Assembly: GCA_963706575.1 (NCBI GenBank)
Contig: CAVPNL010000006.1
Location: 32,001-96,000 of the forward strand
Direction of reading: 5' to 3'
Origin: an uncultured delta proteobacterium
GTDB taxonomy: Bacteria > Desulfobacterota > Desulfobacteria > Desulfobacterales > JAHEIW01
DNA length: 64,000 nt
Part shown: positions 36,377-45,657 of the stretch, piece by piece
How positions within the stretch are numbered: position 1 is the stretch's first letter
Layout: each line of letters begins with the position of its first letter
Program-made: the position numbers and the translations under genes
Notes under the pieces: model-generated
Database searches by the model: none
What the model was told of the DNA's origin: nothing
Seen by the model: only the letters and a program-made list of their open reading frames with translations

Positions 36377-37546
36377 ATGGAGAATCTACAACAACTGGTG
36401 AGTGCACAAAAAGATCGAATCATTGAAATACGTCGCGACCTGCATCGGATTCCCGAAACGGCCTACACGGAAAAGAAAACTTCGGCATATGTGGCCGATT
36501 ATTTAAATAATCTGGGGCTTGAAGTACAGACCGGAATTGCCCAATATGGCGTGGTGGGGCTGATGAAAACCGATCGACCGGGCCCGACCTTAATGATCCG
36601 TGCCGATATGGATGCCCTGCCGTTAATAGAAGATACGGGGCTTGTTTTTGCATCCGAACATGAAGGCGTGATGCATGCCTGCGGTCACGACGCGCATATG
36701 GCGATGGTTTTAGGGGCGGCGACCGTCCTCAACAAAATCAAAGATGAGCTCAAGGGCAATATCAAGTTTTTATTCCAACCGGCGGAAGAAGGACCCGGCG
36801 GGGCCAAGCCCATGATCGAAGCCGGCGTGATGGAAAATCCAAAGGTGGACTATTCGATCGGCTGCCATGTGTGGCCGGATATTCAAGAGGGAACCATCGG
36901 CGTTCGGCCGGGAGCGTTCATGGCAGCCATGGATCGCTTTGATATTAAAATAAAGGGAAAAGGGGGACATGGCGCCATGCCGCACCTGTGTGCAGACGCC
37001 CTTGAAGTGGGCACCCAGGTTGTCAATGCCCTGCAACGGATTACGAGTCGGCAGATGGATCCGCTACAACCGACCGTCGTAACCGTCGGCACTTTTCACG
37101 CCGGCAGCGCCTTTAACATTATCCCCGGAGAAGCCGAAATGAGCGGCACCACGCGGACCTTCGACCCGGAAACCTGGAACACATGGGAATCGCGCCTTGA
37201 AAAGGTGATTCGGGGCGTGTGTGAATCGATGGATGTCGATTTTGAACTCAAATACAGCCAGGGATACCCGGTTTTGGTTAACGATGAATCCGCAGCCGAA
37301 GTTGTGCGCCGCTGTGCAGAGAAAGTCGTCGGTAAAGATCGAGTCTTGGTGCCCCAAAAGACCATGGGAGGTGAAGATTTTGCCTTCTATCTGCAACAGT
37401 CTAAAGGATGTTTTTTCGCTCTCGGTGTGGGTCGAGAAGGCGCTGCGCCGATTCACAATCCCAAATTTGATTTTAATGAAGATGTTATGCTGCTGGGCCT
37501 GGAAACCCATTGCCAGGTCGGGCTTGATTTACTTAAACTTAAGTAA
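36377..37546 (+). CDS. M20D amidohydrolase
   Basis: RRDLHRIPE, IRADMDALP, MHACGHDAH, FQPAEEGPGGA, MGGEDF. Confidence 0.92.
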   Translation: MENLQQLVSAQKDRIIEIRRDLHRIPETAYTEKKTSAYVADYLNNLGLEVQTGIAQYGVVGLMKTDRPGPTLMIRADMDALPLIEDTGLVFASEHEGVMHACGHDAHMAMVLGAATVLNKIKDELKGNIKFLFQPAEEGPGGAKPMIEAGVMENPKVDYSIGCHVWPDIQEGTIGVRPGAFMAAMDRFDIKIKGKGGHGAMPHLCADALEVGTQVVNALQRITSRQMDPLQPTVVTVGTFHAGSAFNIIPGEAEMSGTTRTFDPETWNTWESRLEKVIRGVCESMDVDFELKYSQGYPVLVNDESAAEVVRRCAEKVVGKDRVLVPQKTMGGEDFAFYLQQSKGCFFALGVGREGAAPIHNPKFDFNEDVMLLGLETHCQVGLDLLKLK

Positions 37547-37566
37547 CGGATCTTTACCGCAAAATC

Positions 37567-38649
37567 CTACCGGAACTCCGCCGCAATTTCATCATCCACG
37601 CCGAAAATGTATGAAATTAACGCCGCGCGCATCCACATGCCGTTGCGTTCCTGCTTCCAGTAAACCGCACGCGGATCTTTGTCGACGTCAACCTCGATTT
37701 CATAACGGCGCGGCAGCGGGTGCATGAGGATGCAGTGGGATTGGATCACCGACAGATGCTCTTTGGTGAAATGGAAATTCGGGTAGACATCGGATTCTTC
37801 AGCCGGGGCTTCGGAATATTCTTTTTGAATGCGGGTCATGTATATGGCGTCCACATGGGGCATCACGCTGGCAAAATCATCGGTTTCGTGGAATTCGATA
37901 CGATGTTTTTTCAGGAAGGTTTTGATATCATCTTTCATCTGAAATATTTCCGGTGAGACAAAATACAGGCTGATGTCTTTATAATTTCTCATCAGATAAC
38001 TCAGCGAGCGCACCGTGCGGCCGCGTTTTAAATCCCCCACCATGGCAATTTTTTTACCATCCAGGCCGCCGATGTTTCGAAAAGAGCGCTCCAGGGTGTA
38101 GATATCCAGCAGCGCCTGGGTGGGGTGCTGATCGGGCCCGGAGCCGCCGTTTATGACAGCGACCGGCAGTTTGTTTTGATTCAGAATCCAACCGGTTTTT
38201 TCGGCAAACCCGGCTTCTGGGTGTCGAATAATGATCAGGTCCACATAGCTGGCAAATGTGCGGATGGTGTCTTCCTGGGACTCGCCTTTTACCTCCGAGC
38301 TGGTGGTGGTGCCGCGAATCTCCGATATTTTCATTCCCAGAATGTGGCAGGCATTGAGAAAGGATATAAAGGTGCGGGTAGAGGGCTGAACAAAATACAG
38401 CATGGCGCGCTTATGGGAAAGCAGGCCGCTCAATTTGCGGGCGCCCATTTTGGTCAGGGCCATTCGACGGATCTGGGTGGCCAGCCGGCACATAGAATCC
38501 AGAAAAGAGCGGTCAAACTGCTGGGCAAACAAAATATCCAGCATGCGGCCGTTGCGCATAAAGAAATCGAGCTTCTCACTTTTTTCAATGTTATAAAAGT
38601 CTTCCCAGCCCTTGTAGTTTTGGATCGTGACTTCTTTTGGCTTATCCAT
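37567..38649 (-). CDS. pyrB: Aspartate carbamoyltransferase catalytic subunit
   Basis: FVQPSTRT, KGES, QHPTQALLD, GDLKRGRTVRSL, MTRIQKE, MHPLPR. Confidence 0.95.
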   Translation of the reverse strand: MDKPKEVTIQNYKGWEDFYNIEKSEKLDFFMRNGRMLDILFAQQFDRSFLDSMCRLATQIRRMALTKMGARKLSGLLSHKRAMLYFVQPSTRTFISFLNACHILGMKISEIRGTTTSSEVKGESQEDTIRTFASYVDLIIIRHPEAGFAEKTGWILNQNKLPVAVINGGSGPDQHPTQALLDIYTLERSFRNIGGLDGKKIAMVGDLKRGRTVRSLSYLMRNYKDISLYFVSPEIFQMKDDIKTFLKKHRIEFHETDDFASVMPHVDAIYMTRIQKEYSEAPAEESDVYPNFHFTKEHLSVIQSHCILMHPLPRRYEIEVDVDKDPRAVYWKQERNGMWMRAALISYIFGVDDEIAAEFR

Positions 38650-38740
38650 GATGCCTATCCTTCCTTTATTAATTGGATTCTCATATAATTAAAGGAAGAA
38701 TTTTGGTTTTGCAATAACAAGTAAACATTTAAAAGCACCT

Positions 38741-39067
38741 TTAGAATATTTCGCCGACGACGGACCTAAACCATCCAATATTTTTTTCATCCAACTGATA
38801 GCAGGTAGCGGTGCCTTCGATAATGCCGGAGATCCAGCCGGCGTCTCTGAGCACCTTAAGATGCTGCGACACAGTAGCCTGGGCAATAGGGAGATATTCG
38901 ACAATATCGCCCGTGATGCATCCCGGATGAGTCACCAGAAACTTGATGATTTCAAACCGGATAGGATTTCCTAATGCTTTGAGCATACCGATCAATTGCT
39001 CCTGTTTCTTGCCGGAAATATTCAATGTACAGCATGCGGGAGGTATCACTGTTTTTGTCTGTGGCAT
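38741..39067 (-). CDS. ArsR/SmtB family transcriptional regulator (N-terminal CC)
   Basis: LKALGNPIRFEI, CITGDIV, AQATVSQHLKVL; start uncertain (39067-39106). Confidence 0.9.
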   Translation of the reverse strand: MPQTKTVIPPACCTLNISGKKQEQLIGMLKALGNPIRFEIIKFLVTHPGCITGDIVEYLPIAQATVSQHLKVLRDAGWISGIIEGTATCYQLDEKNIGWFRSVVGEIF

Positions 39068-39084
39068 GTTATTCGATTCCATCC

Positions 39085-39100
39085 ATCGTATTTTTACGAT
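39085..39100. promoter_or_regulatory. Palindromic operator upstream of arsR-family gene
   Basis: ATCGTA-TTTT-TACGAT; minus-strand TTGACA at 39127-39132. Confidence 0.55.
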
Positions 39101-39224
39101 AAACAATATCAGGCTGAATACGGGATTGTCAACCCCTGTCTTAATTATTTGATAAAAATTTTTTTGTGAGGTAGAAGAATCTCATTTTTTGCTAAAATAA
39201 GCGTTACGAATAACGGATATTCGT

Positions 39225-40574
39225 GTGAAAATTGAAATCAGGCGGCAAAATGATCATCCTTTTGTGAAGTCTCCCCATAAGACCCTGTTATCCATGTCTT
39301 TGCCGGTGCTGTTGTCGCTGGTGGCAGAACCGTTGACCGGCCTGGTGGATACGGCTTTTGTGGCCCGACTGGGAGCGGGATCCCTGGCTGCATTGGGCGC
39401 CGGTACGGTCGCGCTTTCAAGCGTTTTCTGGGCATTTAATTTTTTAGGCATTGGAAGCCAAACCGAAGTGGCCCAGGCATACGGCAGGAAGGAGCTAAAA
39501 CGGACAGCCGAAATTGGCGGCCTGGCAATCGCCTTAAGCGTCGCCATCGGAGGGCTTATGGTGCTTGGCGGCCTGCCGCTGGTGCCCATTCTATCCACTG
39601 TAATGGGAGCCGAGGGCGACGTCCATGACTTTGCTTCCCAATACATTCAGGTGCGCCTGTTCGGGGCACCGGCGGTCCTGGTGAGCCTGGCGGTCTTCGG
39701 TATCCTTAGAGGTTTGCAGGATATGCAGACTCCGTTCCGGGTGGCGGTCAGTATCAACATCTTAAATGTCATATTGGACCCCTTGCTCATATTCGGATAT
39801 GGGCCGTTTCCGCGACTCGGGATATTCGGTGCCGGACTGGCCAGCGTCATCAGCCAGTGGATCGGTGCCCTCTGGGCGCTGACGGTCGTCCTCCACCGCC
39901 TGGGGATTCCGGATCGCATCCGCCTGGGCGACGTTCTGAAGCTTTTTCAAATCGGCCGTGACTTGTTTGTCCGCACCGGCCTGCTGACGGCTTTTTTTAT
40001 CTTTACTACCCGGGCAGCGACGCGTATCGGCCCGGATGCCGGGGCCGCCCACCAGGCGATTCGGCAGGTGTGGGTGTTTACCGCTCTTTTCCTGGATGCT
40101 TATGCCATTACCGGCCAAAGTTTGATTGGATATTTTATGGGACCCGGCCGCCTGGAACAGGCAAAACGCGTGGCCCGGCTGGTTTGTGGCTGGAGCGCGG
40201 CAACAGGCGTTGTTTTAAGTGCGGCCATGTGGCTGGGTCAGGATTTTGTTGTCCGGCTGCTGCTGCCGCCATCGGCTGTTCCCATCTTTTTTTCGCCCTG
40301 GCTTATGGCCGTGATTACCCAGCCGATCAATGCCCTGGCTTTTGCCACCGACGGCATTCACTGGGGAACCGGAGATTTTCGCTTCCTGCGCAATGTGATG
40401 ATTTCCGCCACTATCTTCGGTGGAATTGCCATTTACCTGCTCGATGAAAGTGTCTCGGGAGCCCTGACCTGGATCTGGTTGATCACCATATGCTGGATTA
40501 CGATCCGGGCAGTCTTTGGGGTGATGCGGATTTGGCCGGGTTTGGGGAAGAGTCCCTTAAGAAAAAGTGACTAA
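39225..40574 (+). CDS. MATE (DinF-like) efflux transporter
   Basis: AEPLTGLVDTAFVARLG, GILRGLQD, NVILDPLLIFG, AAHQ motifs. Confidence 0.92.
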   Translation: MKIEIRRQNDHPFVKSPHKTLLSMSLPVLLSLVAEPLTGLVDTAFVARLGAGSLAALGAGTVALSSVFWAFNFLGIGSQTEVAQAYGRKELKRTAEIGGLAIALSVAIGGLMVLGGLPLVPILSTVMGAEGDVHDFASQYIQVRLFGAPAVLVSLAVFGILRGLQDMQTPFRVAVSINILNVILDPLLIFGYGPFPRLGIFGAGLASVISQWIGALWALTVVLHRLGIPDRIRLGDVLKLFQIGRDLFVRTGLLTAFFIFTTRAATRIGPDAGAAHQAIRQVWVFTALFLDAYAITGQSLIGYFMGPGRLEQAKRVARLVCGWSAATGVVLSAAMWLGQDFVVRLLLPPSAVPIFFSPWLMAVITQPINALAFATDGIHWGTGDFRFLRNVMISATIFGGIAIYLLDESVSGALTWIWLITICWITIRAVFGVMRIWPGLGKSPLRKSD

Positions 40575-40723
40575 AATGCCTAAAGTGAGCTAAAGTGACT
40601 AAAGTTATGGCGTCGCTCGTGCAGCGCAGGCGCTTGCGCCGCGTGGCGCTCCATCTTTTTAAATTTAAATGGCAGAATTCCTTAACTTTAGGCACTTTAG
40701 ATCACTTCTCACTTTAGTCACTT
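40565..40723. repeat. Nonamer-periodic inverted-repeat element overlapping the MATE stop codon
   Basis: Left arm of CTAAAGTGA-like units (40565-40607); right arm of TCACTTTAG-like units (40683-40723); GC-rich core. Confidence 0.8.
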
Positions 40724-40739
40724 ATCATAGGAGGTTTTC

Positions 40740-41207
40740 ATGCAAGCATATCGCGCTTGTCACCACTCAGAAATTGGGCCCCTTGAAGTTGTTGGGAGTC
40801 AAAAAGGTATTTTAACCATTACATTTGGTGCAGACGAATTTGAAACCGACCGCAACCTGCCGGCCCCCATGACGGAATGCCTGCGACAGCTGGCTGAATA
40901 TTTTAAAGGCCGGCGCCAAAAATTCAGCATTCCCCTGCTTCTGGAAGGAACCGATTTTCAAAAAGCCGTCTGGCGGCAGTTGCAAAAAATTCCTTTTGGG
41001 CAGACAGCCTCCTACGGGGATGTTGCCCGGGGCGTCGGTAGTCCCAGGGCCTTTCGAGCGGTGGGCAACGCCAACAACAAGAACCCGATTCCCCTGATTA
41101 TCCCCTGTCACCGCGTAATCGGCAGTGACGGCAAACTGGTCGGTTTCGGCGGCGGTATCTGGCGCAAAGAGTGGCTGCTGGACCATGAAAAACGGTTTCG
41201 ATTCTAA
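40740..41207 (+). CDS. ogt: Methylated-DNA--protein-cysteine methyltransferase
   Basis: GTDFQKAVW, SYGDVA, RAVGNA, IIPCHRVI active site. Confidence 0.93.
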   Translation: MQAYRACHHSEIGPLEVVGSQKGILTITFGADEFETDRNLPAPMTECLRQLAEYFKGRRQKFSIPLLLEGTDFQKAVWRQLQKIPFGQTASYGDVARGVGSPRAFRAVGNANNKNPIPLIIPCHRVIGSDGKLVGFGGGIWRKEWLLDHEKRFRF

Positions 41208-41374
41208 CCGGAATCCCGCTTAATACGGTGGACATTAACCTTCCTGACACTTGCCCTTATTGCTGACATTTATTGCCGCATTCAATGACAATTTTTGTAA
41301 TCTGCTGTCATTGTAAAATTCCAATAGAAATTTATCTAGTTGCAATTATTCATAAAAATTTCTTCGATGTCTGA

Positions 41375-41390
41375 TGGTATGGATTTTGCT
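41375..41390 (+). promoter_or_regulatory. Sigma-54 promoter (-24/-12)
   Basis: TGGTAT-GGATT-TTGCT; implies the real start is ATG 41428. Confidence 0.6.
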
Positions 41391-41427
41391 CGATTTTAAG
41401 GCATTATTTCGTCATCGGGGGAGAATT

Positions 41428-42231
41428 ATGAATCGGAAAAGAGTTCTCGGGATTTGTTTAATATTTCTGATGGTTGCTTTCATTTTTATTCAGCCGGCCT
41501 ATGCCGGTCCCGGCGGCCAGATTGCTAAAATCCTTGCCAAGACCTTCTGGGGGAAAATGGCCCTGGGTCTACTGACGCTCATCCTGCTGCCGGTCGGTAT
41601 TTATTTATACATCAAGCAGAAGCTGGCGGAGCGGCGGGCCCATAAAGATCTGAGGTTTATGGCGCAGCATGATCCAAATTTCGAATGGCGGCGGGCCAAA
41701 AAGCGTATTCTGGACTGCTTTTATCGGATCCACAGCGCCTGGAAAGACGAAGATGTATCCGAAGCCTGTGAGTATCTGACCGACTGGTATTGGCAAAACC
41801 AGCAACTGGTCTATCTGGATAGATGGCACCGGGAAGGACTGCGCAATGTCTGTGCAGTCAAAAAGATCCGGGCCATCCGCCCGCTGCTTTTCATTCACCG
41901 CAACGATGATACTGCCCATGGGGGCTCCCTGCTGGTGGTATCGATAACCGCCAATATGCAGGATTACCGGGTTCAGCGCGAGACCGACAAAGTGGTCGAA
42001 GGCGACCGGAAATTTAAGGATCGCGAAACCATCTGGACCTTTAGCCTGGTCGAGGGCCAATGGCGAGTGTCTAACATTGAAGCGGCCGGGTGTGAATTTG
42101 ACTATATCTTTCAGGTTAAAAACGTGCCCAGGATTGAAGAAATGGTTATGGGCCCTGCGAATCCGATAAAAATCGATGGTGAGCAAATAAATACGGGCAA
42201 CTGGAGCGCCGGTTCCATTGAGCCGCTTTAA
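41428..42231 (+). CDS. Tim44-like domain membrane protein
   Basis: Signal peptide ending AYA-GPGG, TM segment, DPNF...FYRIHSAW...VSITANMQDY...ETIWTF...WRVSNI. Confidence 0.7.
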   Translation: MNRKRVLGICLIFLMVAFIFIQPAYAGPGGQIAKILAKTFWGKMALGLLTLILLPVGIYLYIKQKLAERRAHKDLRFMAQHDPNFEWRRAKKRILDCFYRIHSAWKDEDVSEACEYLTDWYWQNQQLVYLDRWHREGLRNVCAVKKIRAIRPLLFIHRNDDTAHGGSLLVVSITANMQDYRVQRETDKVVEGDRKFKDRETIWTFSLVEGQWRVSNIEAAGCEFDYIFQVKNVPRIEEMVMGPANPIKIDGEQINTGNWSAGSIEPL

Positions 42232-42261
42232 GGAAGAATGGCTTATTTAGACGCGTTAGCT

Positions 42262-42738
42262 TTAGTGACTGCCGCCTTTCATCGGTATTAGCGGTGCTAA
42301 CTTAACGATCTGGCCGTTTTCATTTACCTCAACAGCCGCTGCACGCATGGCGGAATACCACACTCCGACATTTCTGCCGAGATGATCTAAAATGGTAAAT
42401 CCCCAGGATCGGGTGCCGCAGCCTGAGCCCTTGAAAGAAACCCGATCGATCAATGTGTGGAAATCTTTCGATTGGGTATCGATTTTCACCCACAGCTTTG
42501 AATTCAGATCGAAGTTTTTATTTATTCCAGCGATGACAATAGGGCTGCTAAATGTACCCCAGTAGTAATATGTGTGGTCCGGCATAATCTGATATGCTTC
42601 AAAAGCGGGTGTAATATCAGGAGTTGATTCCAGCCTTCCATAATTTGACATGGCACAGCCGCCAAGAACGGCTAAAGCGATGAAAAGCAAAATGATGCTG
42701 CCTGGCAAACTGCGGTTGTATATTTTTAATCCAATCAT
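42262..42738 (-). CDS. Hypothetical lipoprotein
   Basis: Lipobox VLGGC after hydrophobic stretch. Confidence 0.7.
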   Translation of the reverse strand: MIGLKIYNRSLPGSIILLFIALAVLGGCAMSNYGRLESTPDITPAFEAYQIMPDHTYYYWGTFSSPIVIAGINKNFDLNSKLWVKIDTQSKDFHTLIDRVSFKGSGCGTRSWGFTILDHLGRNVGVWYSAMRAAAVEVNENGQIVKLAPLIPMKGGSH

Positions 42739-42831
42739 TTGAGCAACCTTTCTAAGTTATAAAATCAAAATATGAGAATATCCAGACTGGGTTCCCTATT
42801 CAGATATCATAGCTGATAGTGTCCCTGTCAA

Positions 42832-43086
42832 GTGATAGGAAGTGATTTTTTCCCGGCCGCCGAAGCGCTGCCGATGACTGAAACCCTGGCCTTGACCGTT
42901 TTGGACCAAACTTTCGGCCTCACCGGAGATGACGGCGCTTTCCAGCGATTTGCGGCGGAATATGATTTAACCGATGCCATCGAAATTGCAGGGGGAGCGG
43001 TGTTTTACCAATCCGGCGACCTGCCCCGATTCCGCGACGTGGGCAAAAACGACCGCCTGTATTTAGAATTCAAATACAATTTTTAA
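42832..43086 (+). pseudogene. C-terminal remnant of an outer-membrane beta-barrel protein
   Basis: Amphipathic strands ending NDRLYLEFKYNF; no signal peptide or convincing RBS. Confidence 0.45.
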
Positions 43087-43171
43087 TTTTATTTACAGTA
43101 ATATATCTAAATTAAAGCTTTTGAATTGTAAAATCTCGAAGCTATTTGAATCTAAAATTAAAAAAAACTCC

Positions 43172-43214
43172 TTGACAAATAATTTTATTGTTCTATAATT
43201 CGATACATGTCGAA
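43172..43214 (+). promoter_or_regulatory. Sigma-70 promoter plus ArsR operator overlapping a probably leaderless start
   Basis: TTGACA (43172-43177), 16 nt, TATAAT (43194-43199); ATG 7 nt later; palindrome TTCGATACATGTCGAA (43199-43214). Confidence 0.75.
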
Positions 43215-43515
43215 TAATAAACTTGATAAATATTCCGGAATTTTTAAGGCGCTGGCCAACCCCAACCGGTTAAAGATTTTTATTAGCCTGGCAACCTGCT
43301 GCAAGCCCGGAACCATCGGGATCATCGACTCCAGCAATACCGCATGTGTGGGGGATATCGGTAAGGATTTAGATATCGTACCGTCTACAGTGTCCCATCA
43401 TATCAAAGAGTTGCGTCGGGCGGGCCTGATTAAAACCCACCGCAATGGGCAGAACATCGAATGCTGGGTGGATCCAGAGATTTTGGAAGAATTGAAGTAT
43501 TTTTTTTCTTTTTAA
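43207..43515 (+). CDS. arsR: ArsR family regulator
   Basis: FKALANPNRLKI, TCC...ACVGDI, STVSHHIKEL; upstream of arsM. Confidence 0.88.
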   Translation: MSNNKLDKYSGIFKALANPNRLKIFISLATCCKPGTIGIIDSSNTACVGDIGKDLDIVPSTVSHHIKELRRAGLIKTHRNGQNIECWVDPEILEELKYFFSF

Positions 43516-43544
43516 CGGGTGGTGCATTTTTTTTGCGTATATAT

Positions 43545-43560
43545 TTCGATAGATGTCGAA
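43545..43560. promoter_or_regulatory. Second ArsR operator upstream of arsM
   Basis: TTCGATAGATGTCGAA differs from the first operator at one position. Confidence 0.75.
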
Positions 43561-43586
43561 TAATTAAACAACGGAGGACTAAAAAC

Positions 43587-44390
43587 ATGGGAACGAAGAA
43601 TTCAGATCAAATTCGTCAGGCGGTCCGAAGCCGATATGGCGAAATTGCCAAACAGGAAACCTCAGGATGCGGCTGCAGCACGCTTTCATCCTGCTGCGGT
43701 GCGACACCCGGGTCAATTGAAAAAATGTCCCAGGCGTTTGGTTACACCAAAGAGCAGCTGGACAGCGCTCCTGAAGGCGCCAACATGGGGCTGGGCTGCG
43801 GCAACCCTCAGGCGATTGCATCCCTGAAGGAAGGCGAAACGGTTTTAGACCTGGGCAGCGGCGGCGGTTTCGATTGCTTTCTGGCAGCAAAATCGGTGGG
43901 CGAATCCGGCCGGGTCATCGGCGTAGACATGACCGCCGATATGGTCAGCAAAGCCCGTCAAAATGCCGAAAAACTTGGCGCTAAGAATGTTGAGTTCAGA
44001 CTGGGTGAGATCGAGCACCTGCCGGTGGCCGATGCCAGTGTGGATGTGATTATCTCAAACTGCGTCATCAACCTTTCGCCGGAGAAAATGGATGTATTCC
44101 AAGAAGCCTGGCGTGTGCTCAAGCCCGGCGGCCGTCTGGCGATTTTAGATGTGGTGGCACTTCAGACACTGCCCGCTGAAATCAAAAACGATATATCCCT
44201 GATATCCGGATGCGTCGGGGGCACCGAGAAAATTGAAGATATCGAAAAAGCACTTCAGGAAGCCGGCTTCCTGAATATCAACATACATCCCAAGGATGAA
44301 AGCCGTGAAAGTATCCGTGAGTGGTTTCCCGGGCGGAATTTGGAAGACTATGTGGCCTCGGCGACAATAGAGGCAAAAAAGCCTTTTTGA
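43587..44390 (+). CDS. arsM: Arsenite S-adenosylmethionine methyltransferase
   Basis: GLGCGNP, VLDLGSGGGFDC, GVDMT, ISNCVINLSP, GCVGG; N-terminal Cys cluster; GGAGG RBS before ATG 43587. Confidence 0.93.
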   Translation: MGTKNSDQIRQAVRSRYGEIAKQETSGCGCSTLSSCCGATPGSIEKMSQAFGYTKEQLDSAPEGANMGLGCGNPQAIASLKEGETVLDLGSGGGFDCFLAAKSVGESGRVIGVDMTADMVSKARQNAEKLGAKNVEFRLGEIEHLPVADASVDVIISNCVINLSPEKMDVFQEAWRVLKPGGRLAILDVVALQTLPAEIKNDISLISGCVGGTEKIEDIEKALQEAGFLNINIHPKDESRESIREWFPGRNLEDYVASATIEAKKPF

Positions 44391-44395
44391 ATTTC

Positions 44396-44429
44396 TCACG
44401 CAAAGGCGCAAAGCCGTGAAGGCGCAAAG
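44396..44429 (+). repeat. Short nonamer tandem repeat (CGCAAAGGC-like)
   Basis: CACGCAAAGGCGCAAAGCCGTGAAGGCGCAAAG. Confidence 0.55.
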
Positions 44430-44463
44430 ATAATTATAATTAAAACGAATCGGAGGATAGAAA

Positions 44464-44994
44464 TTGAATGCCCAAACAACTACTCGGGAGATCGTGCTGC
44501 CGGATGGAGATGAGTGGATTTTAAGGGTCAAGGAAAAAGCCTTTGAAAATATGAAACGCCATGACGGCTGCGCCCAGGTGATTGTGGATGCATTTATGCA
44601 GGAATGGGGAATTCACGATCCATGGGTGACGCGGTCTGCCACTGCATTTTTAGGCGGCATGCTGTCTTCATACACCTGCGGTGTTCACGTGGCCGGCATG
44701 ATGGTCCTGGGATTGCTGATTGGCAGGGAAAATATCGAAGAGGGTCTGGATGGGATTTTCCCTATTGCAATCCCAGGGCAGGAACTCATCCAGCGGCTCA
44801 ATGCGAAGATCGGCAGCCATTCCTGCAAAGAGTTGACCGGTGTGGACTTTACGGATCTTAATGCGGCGCTGGAATTTCATGCCTCAAAAGAGCATGAAAA
44901 ATGTTTTGACCGAGTGGCGGACGGCGCGGAAGAAATCGCGCTATTTATAAAAGAGCTCAACCAAAAAGGCGAATTGTTCCGGCTTTCAAATTAA
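44464..44994 (+). CDS. C_GCAxxG_C_C family putative redox protein
   Basis: GCAQ...FLGGM...TCG...GSHSCKELTG...C spacing; GGAGGA RBS. Confidence 0.8.
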   Translation: MNAQTTTREIVLPDGDEWILRVKEKAFENMKRHDGCAQVIVDAFMQEWGIHDPWVTRSATAFLGGMLSSYTCGVHVAGMMVLGLLIGRENIEEGLDGIFPIAIPGQELIQRLNAKIGSHSCKELTGVDFTDLNAALEFHASKEHEKCFDRVADGAEEIALFIKELNQKGELFRLSN

Positions 44995-45022
44995 TTTAAT
45001 TAAGAGGTCGAGGAGTTTTTCC

Positions 45023-45118
45023 GTCATTCCCGCGCAGGCAGGAATCCGGCCTTGTCCCCGCACAGATGGGGATCCAAACATAAAAGCATTTCTGGATTCC
45101 CGCCTGCGTGGGAATGAC
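45023..45118. repeat. REP-like paired palindromic element (ATTCCC-N8-GGGAAT type)
   Basis: GTCATTCCCGCGCAGGCAGGAATCC (45023-45047), inverted copy (45094-45118), degenerate middle copy. Confidence 0.8.
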
Positions 45119-45169
45119 AAACTTTTAATAAAAAAACTCCCGGATCCCAACTATTTTAAGGAGGCTGTT

Positions 45170-45499
45170 ATGAAACCTTTTTACAAAGGCTTGGACACCG
45201 AAACCCAATTACTGGTGGCCCTGGGTTCGGCCGTGGCATCCGGCTGCATACCTTGTCTTGAGAGTATTACCGGACTGGCCCGTGCCGAAGGTATCGATGA
45301 AAAAAAGCTGCGGGCCGCCGCCATCATCGGCCAGTTTGTCAAAGACCAGCCCGCCAATAATATGAAAACCACCGCCGACGCGCTTTTAGGCACCCATCTC
45401 CAATCGGCAGCTGCCCAGGCCGGGTGTCCGATGGAATCGGATGCGGCGCCGAAGGCAGTTGATTCTAATGAATCCAAGAAGGCCTGTGGATGTTCATAA
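45170..45499 (+). CDS. Carboxymuconolactone decarboxylase/AhpD-like protein with CxxC and Cys-rich tail
   Basis: LVALGSAVASGCIPCLE; tail CP...CGCS; AGGAGG RBS. Confidence 0.8.
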   Translation: MKPFYKGLDTETQLLVALGSAVASGCIPCLESITGLARAEGIDEKKLRAAAIIGQFVKDQPANNMKTTADALLGTHLQSAAAQAGCPMESDAAPKAVDSNESKKACGCS

Positions 45500-45657
45500 A
45501 TATGATATTTCAATCTGACAGTAACATAAGCCGCCTTTAATAGCGCTTGGCACCGGCACCATCAACGGCAGCAAAGAGCAAAAACAGGATGCCTTCACGG
45601 GCTCTTGCTAAATTAAACTTCTGATCCTGCAAAATGTTCAGATAGTATTCTCGAAGA

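Noticed and set aside
43461..43586. N-terminal extension of ArsM given in the ORF track
   Set aside because: It overlaps arsR and the operator; the RBS supports ATG 43587
45540..45611. Possible arsC C-terminal remnant (…GSKEQKQDAF…)
   Set aside because: Too short and too weak to support without a search
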